Shown one piece after another: positions 31,757 through 43,650 of a stretch of 64,000 nt of DNA. The stretch lies in the NCBI GenBank assembly GCA_965207455.1, contig CBDBMJ010000001.1:1184001-1248000 (forward strand), in the 5' to 3' direction. Positions within the stretch are counted from its first letter, which is position 1. Every line of letters begins with the position of its first letter. The notes under the pieces were generated by a model, which did no database searches, was not told the origin of the DNA, and was given only the letters and a program-made list of their open reading frames with translations. Source of the DNA: Bdellovibrionota bacterium (lineage in GTDB: Bacteria; Bdellovibrionota; UBA1018; CAIPTA01; JAALKR01). Position numbers and translations under genes: made by a program.

Positions 31757-32359
31757 TCATGTTGTCACCATAAGCAAGTACTCGTTTATTGGAGTTCTAA
31801 GTTTTTTAGCATACTCGCTGAGTTTACTAAGGCTGGGATTATGCTCTGTACTTTCAAAGGCGAACTTTAGAGCCTTGATGGCAGCTTCAAGGCTAAGTAG
31901 TCGAAAAGCATCTACGATTGTTTTTTCCAGATCGTAAATAGGAATTTTAATGTCCCCTACAGAAATACTTGATATCCCAATCTTATGGTTTCTTTGGCGA
32001 ATAATGCGGGTATTAGGTCTTTGACCAACCTTTGTGCTGTGGGGGATAGATATCCAATGGGCTCTTGGTATTTCTTCTGTGATATCATAAAGTGCAAGTG
32101 CTGAAATTCCAGTAACAACACCATTTGGAATACTAAGAACAGTGTAAGCGAGATCCTCCCATTTAAAGTCAATTTCTGGTGGGTTTTCGGTATTACGATA
32201 AAGCCCTCGGCCCACCCGCTCAATAACCCCAAGCCTTTCATAGTAGCTAAGAAGGCTTGAGCTATAACCGTTACTACGCAAATCCTTTGAACTTACTAGG
32301 GGCTTATCCAAGAGGCTTTCAATAGATATTTTATTATCTTTTCGTGCTAGATTGCTCAT
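31757..32359 (-). CDS. AbiEi-family (type IV TA) antitoxin/regulator, orphan
   Basis: IERVGRGLY wHTH, SALALYDITEEIP and IYDLEKTIVDAFR motifs. Confidence 0.85.
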   Translation of the reverse strand: MSNLARKDNKISIESLLDKPLVSSKDLRSNGYSSSLLSYYERLGVIERVGRGLYRNTENPPEIDFKWEDLAYTVLSIPNGVVTGISALALYDITEEIPRAHWISIPHSTKVGQRPNTRIIRQRNHKIGISSISVGDIKIPIYDLEKTIVDAFRLLSLEAAIKALKFAFESTEHNPSLSKLSEYAKKLRTPINEYLLMVTT

Positions 32360-32550
32360 AATAATAATTTAGCAAATAAACCCAGAAATAGCAAGTGGGG
32401 TGTTTTAAAAAAATAGAATTATAAGTTGATTGAAATTATTGATTTTTATTTTTCATTCTTAAAAAAGTAAATTTTTTAAATTCATTACTACAAAATAAAT
32501 TCCGAACACCAACGAAAAATTAAGCCTGCAAAGATGCACGAATTTAGTAT

Positions 32551-33506
32551 TTAGAGGTCTATGATGTTAGTGTCGATTGGCTCATTTGTACTAGTTTTTG
32601 TGCCATCACCTAATTGCCCTTTGCCATTGCCTCCCCAACATTTTACAGTTTTGTCACTTAAAAGAGCGCAATCATGATGAAAACCCAAAGAAATTTGATC
32701 AATCTCATCACTTAATGAACCCTGATGGATCGCTCCCCAGCATCTCACTTCACCCGTCTTAAAGCGAAAACAAGAATGGTTGCCTCTCGCTACAATCTGT
32801 GAAATCACAGGCACGTCGATTAATTTATAGGTAGGGCTTGGTCCAGAACAGTCAGAGGAATTGCTAGCCCTGTCCACCTGTTTTGCATAAAAGACATAGG
32901 ATCCATTGTCATGTATACTTGCATCTAAAGCGATAGAATTGCTTCTAGCTATAGCAGACACTAGTTGATTTGCGTCTGTGCAGCCACTATCCGTATGTAA
33001 ACTGACCTTGGATCCATCTTCTACACCAGATACAAGAAAACGGGACTTGGCATTGTTAGAAGGACTTGTAATTCCATCTGGTAAAGCAAGAGTTGGGCTG
33101 GATGCTGTCCTATCCAATGTATACTTTATTTCTATGCAAGATAAAACTTCTTCCCCATTTACACGTTTTGCATAGTAAGTATACTCTCCATCGTCAGCAA
33201 TGATATCTTTTAAATTTATCTCTACCCTACCCTCAGCCGATATTATTTCCACATTTAATGGATCTCCAGAACAGTCTTCATTTTCATGAATGGTGATCGA
33301 TGATCCAGAACTCATATTGAAAAATTCAAAAACTGGTGATGCGTTCTTGGAGTAGTATGTACCTTCCACACGATGGCCACCCTCTACTCCAAATGTAAAG
33401 GGAGCACTATCAACAGGGCTATCGCTACAGCCTGTGATAAAAGAAAAAAGAATAAAGGTATGATGCTGTAAAGAGCTCTAACCATATTCGAAAAAATATT
33501 TTTCAT
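32551..33506 (-). pseudogene. Ig-like plus RCC1-repeat lipoprotein with a frameshifted 5' end
   Basis: ATG at 33506 with RBS; lipobox ITGC and the main ORF (32551-33369) lie in different frames; VKCWG..GQLGDG repeats are few and abbreviated. Confidence 0.7.
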
Positions 33507-33613
33507 TATGAATCTCCTAAAATTTTTCTACCGCTTATATTCTCTACAACGACAGAAAACGGGAAAAACTTTAGGGATTATTCCGTATTTTTTATATAGA
33601 TTAAGAAGGAAAG

Positions 33614-35221
33614 TTAACTAGCTCTTGCCTTTTTGAGTTTCTTGTTACTAAGAATAGGTGCTAGCTTTCGTTTGTCCAGCTTATACTTCTCCACCTTCAT
33701 AATAAGCCCAGCTCTGGAAATACCCAGCTCTTTAGCTAGCTTGGATTTATTCCACTTCACTCGTCGCAAGCCCTCTTGAATTACTCTTTTTTCCAAAGCC
33801 TCAACCGCGTCTTTTAAATTCCCCTTCATAGCTAGAGCAGAAGCCTTTGAGGATTTTTCATGCTCACCGTATACCTTAATCCGAGGGGACAGTAAGTCTG
33901 CAACAATGGAACGCTCATCCCCACTCAACACTAATAGTCGCTCCATCTCATTTTCCAACTCCCGCACATTTCCAGGCCAGTGGTAATCTAAAATTTTCTC
34001 TAGGGCTCGTTTGGCTAATCGTTTTTTTAAAAATCCCTTTTCCTTACAACCCTTTTCCATAAAGTGATCCACTAGTAAAGGAATGTCGTCCTTGCGATCA
34101 CGCAGTGCCGGCACGTTAATATTAATCACGTTCAATCGATAATAAAGGTCCTCTCGAAATAAATTATTTTCTATCATCTCTGCCAAATCCTTATTGGTAG
34201 CCGTTATTACTCGCACATCCACTTTTTTAGACTTCACTGAACCTACCGGTAAAATGGTAGACTCCTGGAGCACACGCAAAAGCTTCACTTGCATGGAAGG
34301 ACTCATATCTCCAATTTCATCTAAAAATAAAGTACCGCCATCAGCCGCCTCAAAAAGCCCTTTTTTATCCTTAACCGCCCCCGTAAAAGACCCGCGGACA
34401 TGACCAAATAACTCACTATCTAAAATATTCTCATTGAAGGCAGAACAGTTAATAGATAACATTTGCCTATCCTTACGTTCACTATTATAATGAATGGCCT
34501 TAGCGATAAGCTCCTTACCCGTACCATTCTCACCGTAAATCATAGCAGTGGAATCCGCTGTTTTAATTTTATCCAATAGCGAATACAACTCCTGCATGGG
34601 CCTGGACTTACCAATCATAGAATTATAACGATAACGGGTACCCAACTCCTTATTTAAAGCATTAATGCGCTCCTCTCTCATTGTAATTTCTTGGTGAAAC
34701 GTTTCGATCTCTTGAGCAACCAACTCCACTAATTTTTGCAAATACACCACATTGTTTTCGTCGACTGCATGAAGCTTATCCAATGCATTTTTTATATCTT
34801 CCTTATTTAATTTTAAATCCTTGGTGGCTGCCTCTAATTTTTTTCTACTAGCACTGGTCAATTCCTCTTCTAAATATGGCCATGCAATAACACAACCCAA
34901 TAACTCATGGTCGATTTGAATTTTCGCAACAATGGCACAAGTGCCTGGAAGAGGCCCCTCAAGAACAAGAGTATTCTCATCCATGTCTTTAAGATTGTCG
35001 CAAGTTCCTCTCGTAAAATCCTCTAAAAAACCCATCCCCTTGGACGACTGAGAAATTAACTGACACAATAAATTTTTACTGTGAAACTCATCTTTAGACT
35101 CCATGTTGCGTATGTGCCCATGATTGTCCACAACCAATATGGCTGTATTAAACCAAGCACTTAAAATATCCTCCAATTTTCGGATAACGTGTATATGCTT
35201 AATCTCTCCCCAATTAATCAT
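33614..35221 (-). CDS. Sigma-54-dependent transcriptional activator (N-terminal PocR-like sensor, AAA+, Fis HTH)
   Basis: GENGTGKE, SELFGHVRGSFTGA, FLDEIG and WPGNVRELEN motifs. Confidence 0.95.
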   Translation of the reverse strand: MINWGEIKHIHVIRKLEDILSAWFNTAILVVDNHGHIRNMESKDEFHSKNLLCQLISQSSKGMGFLEDFTRGTCDNLKDMDENTLVLEGPLPGTCAIVAKIQIDHELLGCVIAWPYLEEELTSASRKKLEAATKDLKLNKEDIKNALDKLHAVDENNVVYLQKLVELVAQEIETFHQEITMREERINALNKELGTRYRYNSMIGKSRPMQELYSLLDKIKTADSTAMIYGENGTGKELIAKAIHYNSERKDRQMLSINCSAFNENILDSELFGHVRGSFTGAVKDKKGLFEAADGGTLFLDEIGDMSPSMQVKLLRVLQESTILPVGSVKSKKVDVRVITATNKDLAEMIENNLFREDLYYRLNVININVPALRDRKDDIPLLVDHFMEKGCKEKGFLKKRLAKRALEKILDYHWPGNVRELENEMERLLVLSGDERSIVADLLSPRIKVYGEHEKSSKASALAMKGNLKDAVEALEKRVIQEGLRRVKWNKSKLAKELGISRAGLIMKVEKYKLDKRKLAPILSNKKLKKARAS

Positions 35222-35370
35222 AAAACTACTCCTCTCTATAAAATTCCTCTTCTAAAGGAACTATTCGGCATAGTGGAAAAAAACTTGACACTTTTTTAAT
35301 TAAAACCTCAAAATCGCCCACTTATCACAAAAAAAATTGATATTCCCACTCATCTAGCATACAAAGAAGT

Positions 35371-36048
35371 ATGTTTTATAGTGACATTCGAGAGTCCCTA
35401 GAGTGGCAATTCTCTCACATACTCCACTGGAACCTCATCCCCACCCCCCCATTAAATACCCCCCCGCTGAATACCGCCCGAGTAAACACAACAAATGCAG
35501 ACTTCCATAAATGGACACAAAAACTACAAACCTGCGTGCAGTGCCCTCTTCATATTGGACGCACCCACGTGGTAACAGGTCAAGGAAACCTGAAAAGCGA
35601 TATTTTTATTGTGGGACCTCAACCCAATGTGGCAGATGATCGGGAAGGAAAACCTTTCCAAGGTGCCCCTGGCCAACTCCTTACTAAAATGATGCAAGCG
35701 ATAAACCGACAAACCCAAAACCTCTACTACGCCCCAATTGTAAAATGTCGCCCCCCCAAAGATCGCCCACCCCAAGCCCAAGAAATAGATACCTGCGAAT
35801 CCCACCTATTAATACAAATTGCACAAGTACAACCCAACATTGTGCTAGCCATGGGCGAACTAGCCGCTCAAACCCTATTCCGTACAGAAGCCCCTTTAAG
35901 CCATTTACGGGGAAAGTGGGGAACCTATTCCCAAATACCACTGCTAGCTACCTGGGACACCACAACTCTCCTGCAAAACCCCACCCTAAAAAAAGAAGCA
36001 TGGACAGACCTACAAATGCTAATGAAAAAACTGGGTCCCAACACATGA
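35371..36048 (+). CDS. Family 4 uracil-DNA glycosylase (Fe-S), divergent
   Basis: CxxCPL, GKPFQGAPG and VKCRPP..RPP...E..C motifs. Confidence 0.85.
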   Translation: MFYSDIRESLEWQFSHILHWNLIPTPPLNTPPLNTARVNTTNADFHKWTQKLQTCVQCPLHIGRTHVVTGQGNLKSDIFIVGPQPNVADDREGKPFQGAPGQLLTKMMQAINRQTQNLYYAPIVKCRPPKDRPPQAQEIDTCESHLLIQIAQVQPNIVLAMGELAAQTLFRTEAPLSHLRGKWGTYSQIPLLATWDTTTLLQNPTLKKEAWTDLQMLMKKLGPNT

Positions 36049-37358
36049 AACTCATCCATTGTTTAACACTAATCTTTACCTCAATCCTTACCTCAACCTT
36101 TGCCTCAACCGCCCAAGCAAACTTGGGTTTTATAGAAATAGATGGCACGATTAATCCGGGAAGCGCCTCCTTTATAGAAAGTGCAATTCAGAAATCCTCC
36201 GACGATAAACTCCAAGCACTCGTGATTCAACTCAACACTCCAGGTGGCCTACTCTCCAGCACTAGAAAAATTATTCAAGCTTTTTCCACATCCCCCATAC
36301 CCATAATCCTCTACATAGCACCCGGTGGTGCCAGTGCCACCAGTGCAGGTGCCATTCTTATGATGAGCGCCCATGTGAATGCCATGACTCCAGGAACAAA
36401 TATTGGAGCTGCCCACCCCGTAAGTAGCGACGGTAAGGACGTGCCCGGTGAAATGGGGAAAAAAGTAACAAACGACACCGCCGCTCTAGTGCGTTCCCAA
36501 GCAGCACTCTATTCTCGCAATACTGTGCTAGCAGAAAAAATTGTGACAAAAAGTGTTTCTTTTGCAGCCAAAGAAGCTAAGGAAAAAAATCTTATTGATA
36601 TAGTAGCGCTTAACCTCGACGATCTTTTGCGACAACTCCACAACAGAACAGTCCTTATCAATAACAAAAAAATTGTTCTGGATACAAAAAATACCTCTGC
36701 CAAAAACCTACAACATATACCAATGAGCGCCTCACAAAAATTCCTACACATCATTGCAAACCCCAATATCACTACCCTTTTAATGACTCTTGGAGGTTTG
36801 GGAATTTATGTGGAAATTAGCTCCGGCTTTTCCCTTATCTTTCCCGGTCTCTTTGGAGTAACATCCATTATTCTAGGACTAATGAGCCTCCAAACTCTCC
36901 CCATCAATACGGGAGGACTCCTCCTCCTACTACTCGGCATGGCCCTTATTATCGCAGAAACCTTTATTACTAGCTTTGGCCTGCTCGCTGTCAGCGGTCT
37001 CACTGCCATCACCATCGGAAGCCTATTCCTCATCGACTCCAGTGCAGCAGATATACAAGTTTCCCTAAGCCTACTACTCCCCATACTGGGATCCATTGTC
37101 TGCATTACCCTATTTATGGGCTACCTGCTCAAAAAGGAAGCCAGAGGAGGCAAGGAAAATGACTTTACCGGCAAGACAGGAATCGTCGTCAATAGTAAAA
37201 CAAAGGATAGAGACGCCACCGTTTCTTTATTGGGCGAAACCTGGAACTGCCACTGCGAAGAAACCCTAATGCCTGGAGACCGCGTTATTATACGAAAACA
37301 AAAAAACTTAAAACTATATGTGGACAAGAAAATAGAAAAGAATATAAATAAAGCATAA
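36045..37358 (+). CDS. nfeD: NfeD membrane-bound serine protease (start reassigned to MKLIHC)
   Basis: LNTPGG, ATSAG and GTNIGAAHPV motifs; TM domain and OB domain; adjacent to slipin. Confidence 0.92.
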   Translation: MKLIHCLTLIFTSILTSTFASTAQANLGFIEIDGTINPGSASFIESAIQKSSDDKLQALVIQLNTPGGLLSSTRKIIQAFSTSPIPIILYIAPGGASATSAGAILMMSAHVNAMTPGTNIGAAHPVSSDGKDVPGEMGKKVTNDTAALVRSQAALYSRNTVLAEKIVTKSVSFAAKEAKEKNLIDIVALNLDDLLRQLHNRTVLINNKKIVLDTKNTSAKNLQHIPMSASQKFLHIIANPNITTLLMTLGGLGIYVEISSGFSLIFPGLFGVTSIILGLMSLQTLPINTGGLLLLLLGMALIIAETFITSFGLLAVSGLTAITIGSLFLIDSSAADIQVSLSLLLPILGSIVCITLFMGYLLKKEARGGKENDFTGKTGIVVNSKTKDRDATVSLLGETWNCHCEETLMPGDRVIIRKQKNLKLYVDKKIEKNINKA

Positions 37359-37388
37359 AGCAAAACATAAACGAAAGGAAAAAACATT

Positions 37389-38153
37389 ATGATGGAACTA
37401 CTTCAAGGAAGCGGAATTTTTATAATTATTATTTTGAGTGTCCTAGCAAGCGCTATCCGTATACTCAAGGAATATGAACGCGGCGTTATCTTCCGACTAG
37501 GAAAGGCGCTCCAAACCCCCAAAGGACCAGGAATCATTTTCCTTATCCCCATAGTGGACAAAATGGTGAAGTTAGATTTACGTACCATTGCATTTGATGT
37601 GCCGCCTCAAGATGTCATTACAAAAGACAATGTAACCCTCAAAGTAAATGCTGTTATTTATTTTCGAATCACCGACCCCTATAAAAGCATAAACGCCATT
37701 GAAAATTATTTATTTGCCACCTCCCAACTTGCCCAAACCACCCTAAGGAGCGTACTCGGAGAAGTGGAACTGGACCAACTCCTCTCCGAAAGAAAAACAA
37801 TCAATCAAAAACTACAAGTTATACTGGACGAACATACGGAAATCTGGGGCATTAAAGTAATTACAGTAGAAGTAAAACAAATCGACTTACCCATAGAAAT
37901 GCAGCGCGCTATGGCTAAACAGGCTGAAGCAGAGCGAGAAAGAAGGGCAAAAATCATCGCTGCCGAAGGTGAATTCCAATCCGCGAAACAATTATCCGCT
38001 GCCGCTGAAACAATGGGGAAACATAGTATGACAATACAACTACGCTACCTCCAAACCCTCAAGGAAGTATCCGGCGCAGAAGGAAACTCCACCATCATAT
38101 TTCCCTTCCCAACAGAGTTTGTGGACATATTTCAAAAGAAATTTTTGAAATAG
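37389..38153 (+). CDS. Slipin/stomatin SPFH protein
   Basis: [20 protein letters not shown] and [14 protein letters not shown] motifs. Confidence 0.95.
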   Translation: MMELLQGSGIFIIIILSVLASAIRILKEYERGVIFRLGKALQTPKGPGIIFLIPIVDKMVKLDLRTIAFDVPPQDVITKDNVTLKVNAVIYFRITDPYKSINAIENYLFATSQLAQTTLRSVLGEVELDQLLSERKTINQKLQVILDEHTEIWGIKVITVEVKQIDLPIEMQRAMAKQAEAERERRAKIIAAEGEFQSAKQLSAAAETMGKHSMTIQLRYLQTLKEVSGAEGNSTIIFPFPTEFVDIFQKKFLK

Positions 38154-38190
38154 TCCTAAAAAATAAGTCCTGATGATAAAATAGAAAGGC

Positions 38191-39324
38191 ATGTATCTAA
38201 GGACGGAAACAAAAGCACCACAGAGGGGGCTTAAAACGAGGGGGCTTAAAACGAGGGGGCTTAAAATAGGGCCTCTTAAAATAGGGCTGCTCATAAGTGC
38301 CCTACCATTCCTTCTCGCCTCAAACACCCCCGAACCCACCATTCGCGTATCCCTTGGCACCTTTCCTCAAGTAAAAATCCAAATAAAAACATCTGTAAAA
38401 AAAATAAAATGCCATGGAAAAAAAACTTCCCTCCTTGCTTCCTTCTATTCCCCCCAAGCACCCATTCAAATAAATGGAAAATCCTATCGCCACCAAATCA
38501 AAATATATGGAAAAAAAAACCAATGCTTAGTGGTAAATACACTACCCCTAGAACAATATATTGCAGGAGTGGTGGGCAATGAAATGCATCCATCTTGGCC
38601 AATGGAAGCCCTCAAAGCACAATCCATTGTGGCTCGCAGTTATGCCCTAGCAAAAAAAAGAGAACGTAAATCAAGAAACCTATACGACGTGGTAAACTCC
38701 ACGAACGACCAAGTATACGGCGGCATCCAAACCGAGTTTCCCCAAACCAATAAAGCCACAAAAGAAACAAAGGGCACGGTGCTGTTCCTACCCAAAAGAA
38801 ATATCCCCTTTAAAACGTACTACCATGCCAATTGCGGCGGACAAACCATAACACCCAAAGAAGCCTGGGGAAGAAAAGGACGCTATCCATACCTAAGCAT
38901 ACCCTGTCCCTATCATAATAAATCCACACGCTGGTCCCATACAAGCAGCCTCTCTGAAATAGAAAAAACCATACGCAAAACCATTCGAAATATTCCCCAA
39001 GACTTCACTCGACTCGCCTATATCGGTCAACACTCCTTTACAAAATCCAATCGCGCAAAAAATATTACTCTTATGGATGGAAAAGGCAGAAAAATAAAAA
39101 TTCCTGCCTACCGTTTTCGCAAAGCGCTGGGACAGAACCAACTCAAAAGCACAAAATTTCAATTATTGCATTATTATAATAAGCTAGAATTTCGAGGAAG
39201 AGGCCATGGACACGCCGTGGGGCTTTGCCAATATGGCGCTAAACGAATGGCTGAGCTAGGTAAAGACCACAACACCATCTTACAGTACTATTATCCTCTC
39301 GCCAAAATTTCTAAATTGTACTAA
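38191..39324 (+). CDS. SpoIID/LytB domain protein
   Basis: LEQYIAGVVGNEM, EALKAQ, DQVYGG and GHGHAVGLCQYGA motifs; N-terminal 15-bp repeats (RGLKT). Confidence 0.9.
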   Translation: MYLRTETKAPQRGLKTRGLKTRGLKIGPLKIGLLISALPFLLASNTPEPTIRVSLGTFPQVKIQIKTSVKKIKCHGKKTSLLASFYSPQAPIQINGKSYRHQIKIYGKKNQCLVVNTLPLEQYIAGVVGNEMHPSWPMEALKAQSIVARSYALAKKRERKSRNLYDVVNSTNDQVYGGIQTEFPQTNKATKETKGTVLFLPKRNIPFKTYYHANCGGQTITPKEAWGRKGRYPYLSIPCPYHNKSTRWSHTSSLSEIEKTIRKTIRNIPQDFTRLAYIGQHSFTKSNRAKNITLMDGKGRKIKIPAYRFRKALGQNQLKSTKFQLLHYYNKLEFRGRGHGHAVGLCQYGAKRMAELGKDHNTILQYYYPLAKISKLY

Positions 39325-39335
39325 TATTAGTAATA

Positions 39336-40244
39336 ATGAAAAGCATGGCCAATGTGGACGGAAAAATATCCTACGCTCGAGAAGCAAAAATATCCATAGT
39401 CGACCGGGGATTTCTCTATGGCGACTCAATCTATGAAGTATTTCCTACCTATGACGGAGTTCCCTTCCTCTATGAGGAACATATAGACCGCCTGGAAAAC
39501 TCAGCACAACTGGCACAAATGAAAATATCCCAGCCCAGAGACCTACTGTTTACAGAAATAAAGAAAACCCACCAACGCTACCAAGAAAATGCAAAAACAG
39601 AAGCATACATACGCCTTACTATCACAAGAGGTATTGGACCCATAGACCTAGACCCTAACAATTTCACAAGTACCAGCTATGTCATCCTCGTAAAAGAAGT
39701 ACCCACATGGGATCAAGAACTATATACAAAGGGAGTAACACTAGCCATTCCCTCCATTCGGAGAAACCATAGCCAATCCCTAGAGCCTAATATTAAGGGA
39801 GGAAATTATTTAAACAATATTCTAGCCGTAGGAGAAGCGAAAAAATTAGGCGCAGAGGATGCACTCATTTGCAACCTTGATGGAGATTTTACAGAAGCCT
39901 CCAATAGTAATGTTTTTTTTGTGGAAGACAACACTATTATTACTCCCGACCAATCCTCTGGAAATTTAAAAGGTATCACCAAAGAAACGTTAGAAAAAAT
40001 TTGTAAGAAAGAAAACATCCCATTCCAGCATGAAAAGATGAACTCCAAAACAATCAAGCACGCTTCAGAATGTTTTATCTCTAGTGCTACACGGGAAGTA
40101 ATGCCTGTACAAAGCCTGCGCCTAGAGGACGGATCCATTAGAAAATTCCCCCTCGGTGGTGGGGAGTACACAAAAAAGCTCAGTTCCCTGTATAAAGATT
40201 TTGTGACAGAATATGTCCGAAATCATCAGGAAAAAAAGCTATAG
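39336..40244 (+). CDS. Class IV PLP aminotransferase
   Basis: DRGFLYGDSIYE, IKGGNY, EASNSN and LKGIT motifs. Confidence 0.92.
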   Translation: MKSMANVDGKISYAREAKISIVDRGFLYGDSIYEVFPTYDGVPFLYEEHIDRLENSAQLAQMKISQPRDLLFTEIKKTHQRYQENAKTEAYIRLTITRGIGPIDLDPNNFTSTSYVILVKEVPTWDQELYTKGVTLAIPSIRRNHSQSLEPNIKGGNYLNNILAVGEAKKLGAEDALICNLDGDFTEASNSNVFFVEDNTIITPDQSSGNLKGITKETLEKICKKENIPFQHEKMNSKTIKHASECFISSATREVMPVQSLRLEDGSIRKFPLGGGEYTKKLSSLYKDFVTEYVRNHQEKKL

Positions 40245-41016
40245 CACAGGAATCTAGGCACGAGATTCCATAAAAGCCAATACATAATTCTTTGTACAAT
40301 TAATTTTCTCACTGTATTTTTTTTCACTAACTGTGAAACGGAAATAAGTGCATCATCCTTGCTCAAACTCCATTTTTATGGGTATAGGGATCAAGCTATA
40401 TCCATATTTATCTCTAATTACCCGTTCAGGCTACTTTAACCTATGAATTTCACTGCCGTTTACTAAATTGAATAATAAAATCCAGAGAAAAAGGATTTTT
40501 CTAAAATTACTTCTGGGAATAGCTTAAAAATGATCTAACCGTATGCAGTGGAATGTATCTCTGTTGATAGGTCGTCGAAAATCTTTATTAATTTTTTCCG
40601 AACCTCCTTTTTGAATGAGAGGATCAATCGCATAAAGTCAAAAGTTTTCATGATAGCAAAAGTTGTTTCTGTATACACGATAATATCAGGGTTTTTCTCT
40701 TCTGGCCGCTTTTGCCTGTATGTTTTTAATGTGAAATCATCAAGTGAATCATGCCTTTCTTCAGTGATTCAATCGTCTTTTTCTTATCATTTTTTATTAT
40801 TGGTAGATCAGGAAACATTCTAAAAGGTTAAATTATTTTTGATCAAAACGCATGATTATTTTTCATACACGGTATTGGGGTTCAAATAAAGAATTTTTCA
40901 ACACCGTTTCTTGTATTTATTTTTTCTTTGACACGAATTCTCTCCGTTTCACAAAATTTCACTAAAGAAGTCCAATCATTTTCCGATAGAGCCTTAAATA
41001 GTAAGGACGATGATAA

Positions 41017-43606
41017 ATGTACAAAACACTTTTTTTTAAACAAAATATATATTATATCCTAACAGCGTTATTTGCCCTGACTGCACTGAGTGGGTGTAGT
41101 GGAGAAAATGCAATTCTAATTCTCAAAGAAAACATTTTTGGAATAAGTACGCCAATTTTAAAGTTAGTAACGAGAAGCCCTTTTAATGAAAAAAAACCCA
41201 CCTTTAGTCTAGGGGGTTTAGAGGTTGGAGGTAGCATTGGATTATATTCTGATGAGAACTGCAATAATTTGATACAGGATGCAATTGCAATAACAGCAGC
41301 TACTATAACGATAAAACTCTCTGCAGAATTAGAGAATAATAACGATAATAATAATGGTTTCTATGATTTTTATACAAAACAAATAGATAGCTTAGGAAAT
41401 CCATCAGAGTGATTTTTATACAAAACAAATAGATAGCTTAGGAAATCCATCAGAGTGTACTTCTGATCAGAATAAAATAAGCTATGAATTAGATACAGTG
41501 TATCCTAATGAACCCACTTTATCACTAGTAACATCCAGTCCTTCCAATCAGAAGAAACCCTCCTTTAATCTAGGAGATTTAGAAGTTGGAAGCAGCATTG
41601 GAGTATATTCTGATGAGAGCTGCGATACCTTGATACAGGAAGAGGAAATAACAGCAGCCACTATGCAGATACAATTCTCTGAAGAATTGAGCAACGACGG
41701 TTTTTATGCTTTTTATGCAAAACAAAAAGATAAAGCAGAAAATTCATCATACTGCACCAGTGATGAGGTAAGTTATGTATTAGACACAATAGCTGCTATA
41801 CCTACTTTATCGCTAGTAACATCTAGTCCCTCTAATAATTTCACTCCTATTTTTAGCCTGGGAAATTTAGAGATTGGAGGTACTCTTAGCTTATATTCCA
41901 ATGAAAACTGTTCTATGACAGCACTGGAGATGATTAATATAACAGAAGGAAATATGGATGTAGAGCTCTCCTCATCTTTAACAAACACCGGAAATTTATC
42001 TTTTTCTGCAAAGCAAGCAGATGGGATAGGAAATTCATCACTTTGCTCTATGTCGGTAGACTATATACTATCGAATAATTGTGGCGAACAAATTTTTTCA
42101 TCATCTGATTCTAGTGAAATTGTTTCTAGCACCAGCACTCCTTTATCTTGTTCAATAGCATTTTCTAATAACAATACCCCTACCTCTGGAACTTGCCAGA
42201 GCTTTCCCGTAGGCGCCTGCTTCTTTGAAAAAGAAAGTGGTAATTATGAAAGAGTCTGTGTGGGAGAGGCACGTGGTTCTTGCCAATACTCTTGTAACAA
42301 TAGTACTTGGACAAAAACAAGCAATGACTGTGCTCAAGTTCAAACAAGAGAATCTGCTACACCATACATTCGTAAAATTTCCTTAGGAGCACAACATTCC
42401 TGTGCACTCTTAAGTGTTGAAACTGTAAAGTGCTGGGGAGCTGCTTCTCAGGGAGAAATTGGTAATGGAACGAATCCCTCAAAAACTTCAACACCAATTG
42501 ATGTTTCAAACTTAAATAATATACGTCAAATCTCCACAGGAAATGGCCATTCCTGTGCAATTTTAAATGATGATATCAATACTCCTGATACTGATGAAAC
42601 AGGCACTGTGAAATGCTGGGGGGCTAACTTTGTTAAGCAGATTGGCAATAGTAGTACACTGTATAGAGCACTAACACCAGTTGAAGTTTCTACTTTAACA
42701 AATATACGTCAACTTTCTGCAAGAACACATCATACCTGTGCACTTTTAAATGATGATGTCAATACTACTAATATCAATGAATCAGGTACTGTGAAGTGCT
42801 GGGGATATAATTATAAAGGTTTGTTTCTGGCTACCGGCAGCGATAATGATGAAGATAGTTCAACACCATTGGAAATTTCTGGTGCAACAAATGTGCATCA
42901 AATTGCCACAGGAAGCTTTCATACCTGTCTACTCTTAGGTAATGATGGCATCAATGATGTGGGAAAAGTAAAATGCTGGGGATATAATAAATATGGACAA
43001 TTGGGTGATGGTAGCCTAACAAATAGATACCAACCAGTTATAGTTTCTGGCTTAAGCAATGTACGTCAAATTGTTTCGGGAAAAGATCATACCTGCGCAA
43101 TTTTAAATGATGACACCAACACCACTGATATCAATGAAGCAGGTACTGTGAAATGCTGGGGGAATAACGAATCGGGGCAGTTGGGTAATGGTAGCACAAC
43201 AAATAGCTCTCTAGCAGTTACAGTTTCTGGCATAAGCAATGCACGACAAATCGCCTTGGGAGAAGATCATACCTGCGCAATTTTAAATGATGACACCAAC
43301 ACCACTGATATCAATGAAGCAGATACCCTGAAGTGCTGGGGGAATAACGAATTTGGGCAGTTAGGTAATAATAGTACAGATAGTAGCTCATCACCAGTTG
43401 ATGTTTCTAACCTAAGCAATGTACGTGAAATTTCCTTGGGAGAAGATCATACCTGCGCAATTTTAAATGACAGCACAGTAGAGTGCTGGGGATCGAATGC
43501 TAAATATCAATTGGGTGTTTCTAGTGCTCCAGATACTTGCTCTAGTAATAACTGCAGTTTGATACCTATTTCAAATTCAGCCTTTCCAGCAGAGAGCCTG
43601 CAATAA
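41017..43606 (+). pseudogene. Ig-like repeat plus RCC1-repeat lipoprotein, split by a 46-bp duplication
   Basis: Lipobox LSGC in ORF 41017-41412; removing one 46-bp copy fuses it in frame to 41498-43606; repeated HTCA...VKCWG.N..GQLG units. Confidence 0.85.
41364..41457. repeat. 46-bp perfect tandem duplication
   Basis: TGATTTTTATACAAAACAAATAGATAGCTTAGGAAATCCATCAGAG x2. Confidence 0.95.
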
Positions 43607-43650
43607 TGGGAAAATAAAACTCTTCCATAATAAGGAATTGCATTTTTTTT

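Noticed and set aside
40250..40980. AT-rich region with a 91-aa ORF, possibly a decayed gene
   Set aside because: No recognisable motifs in the frames I translated; cannot support a call
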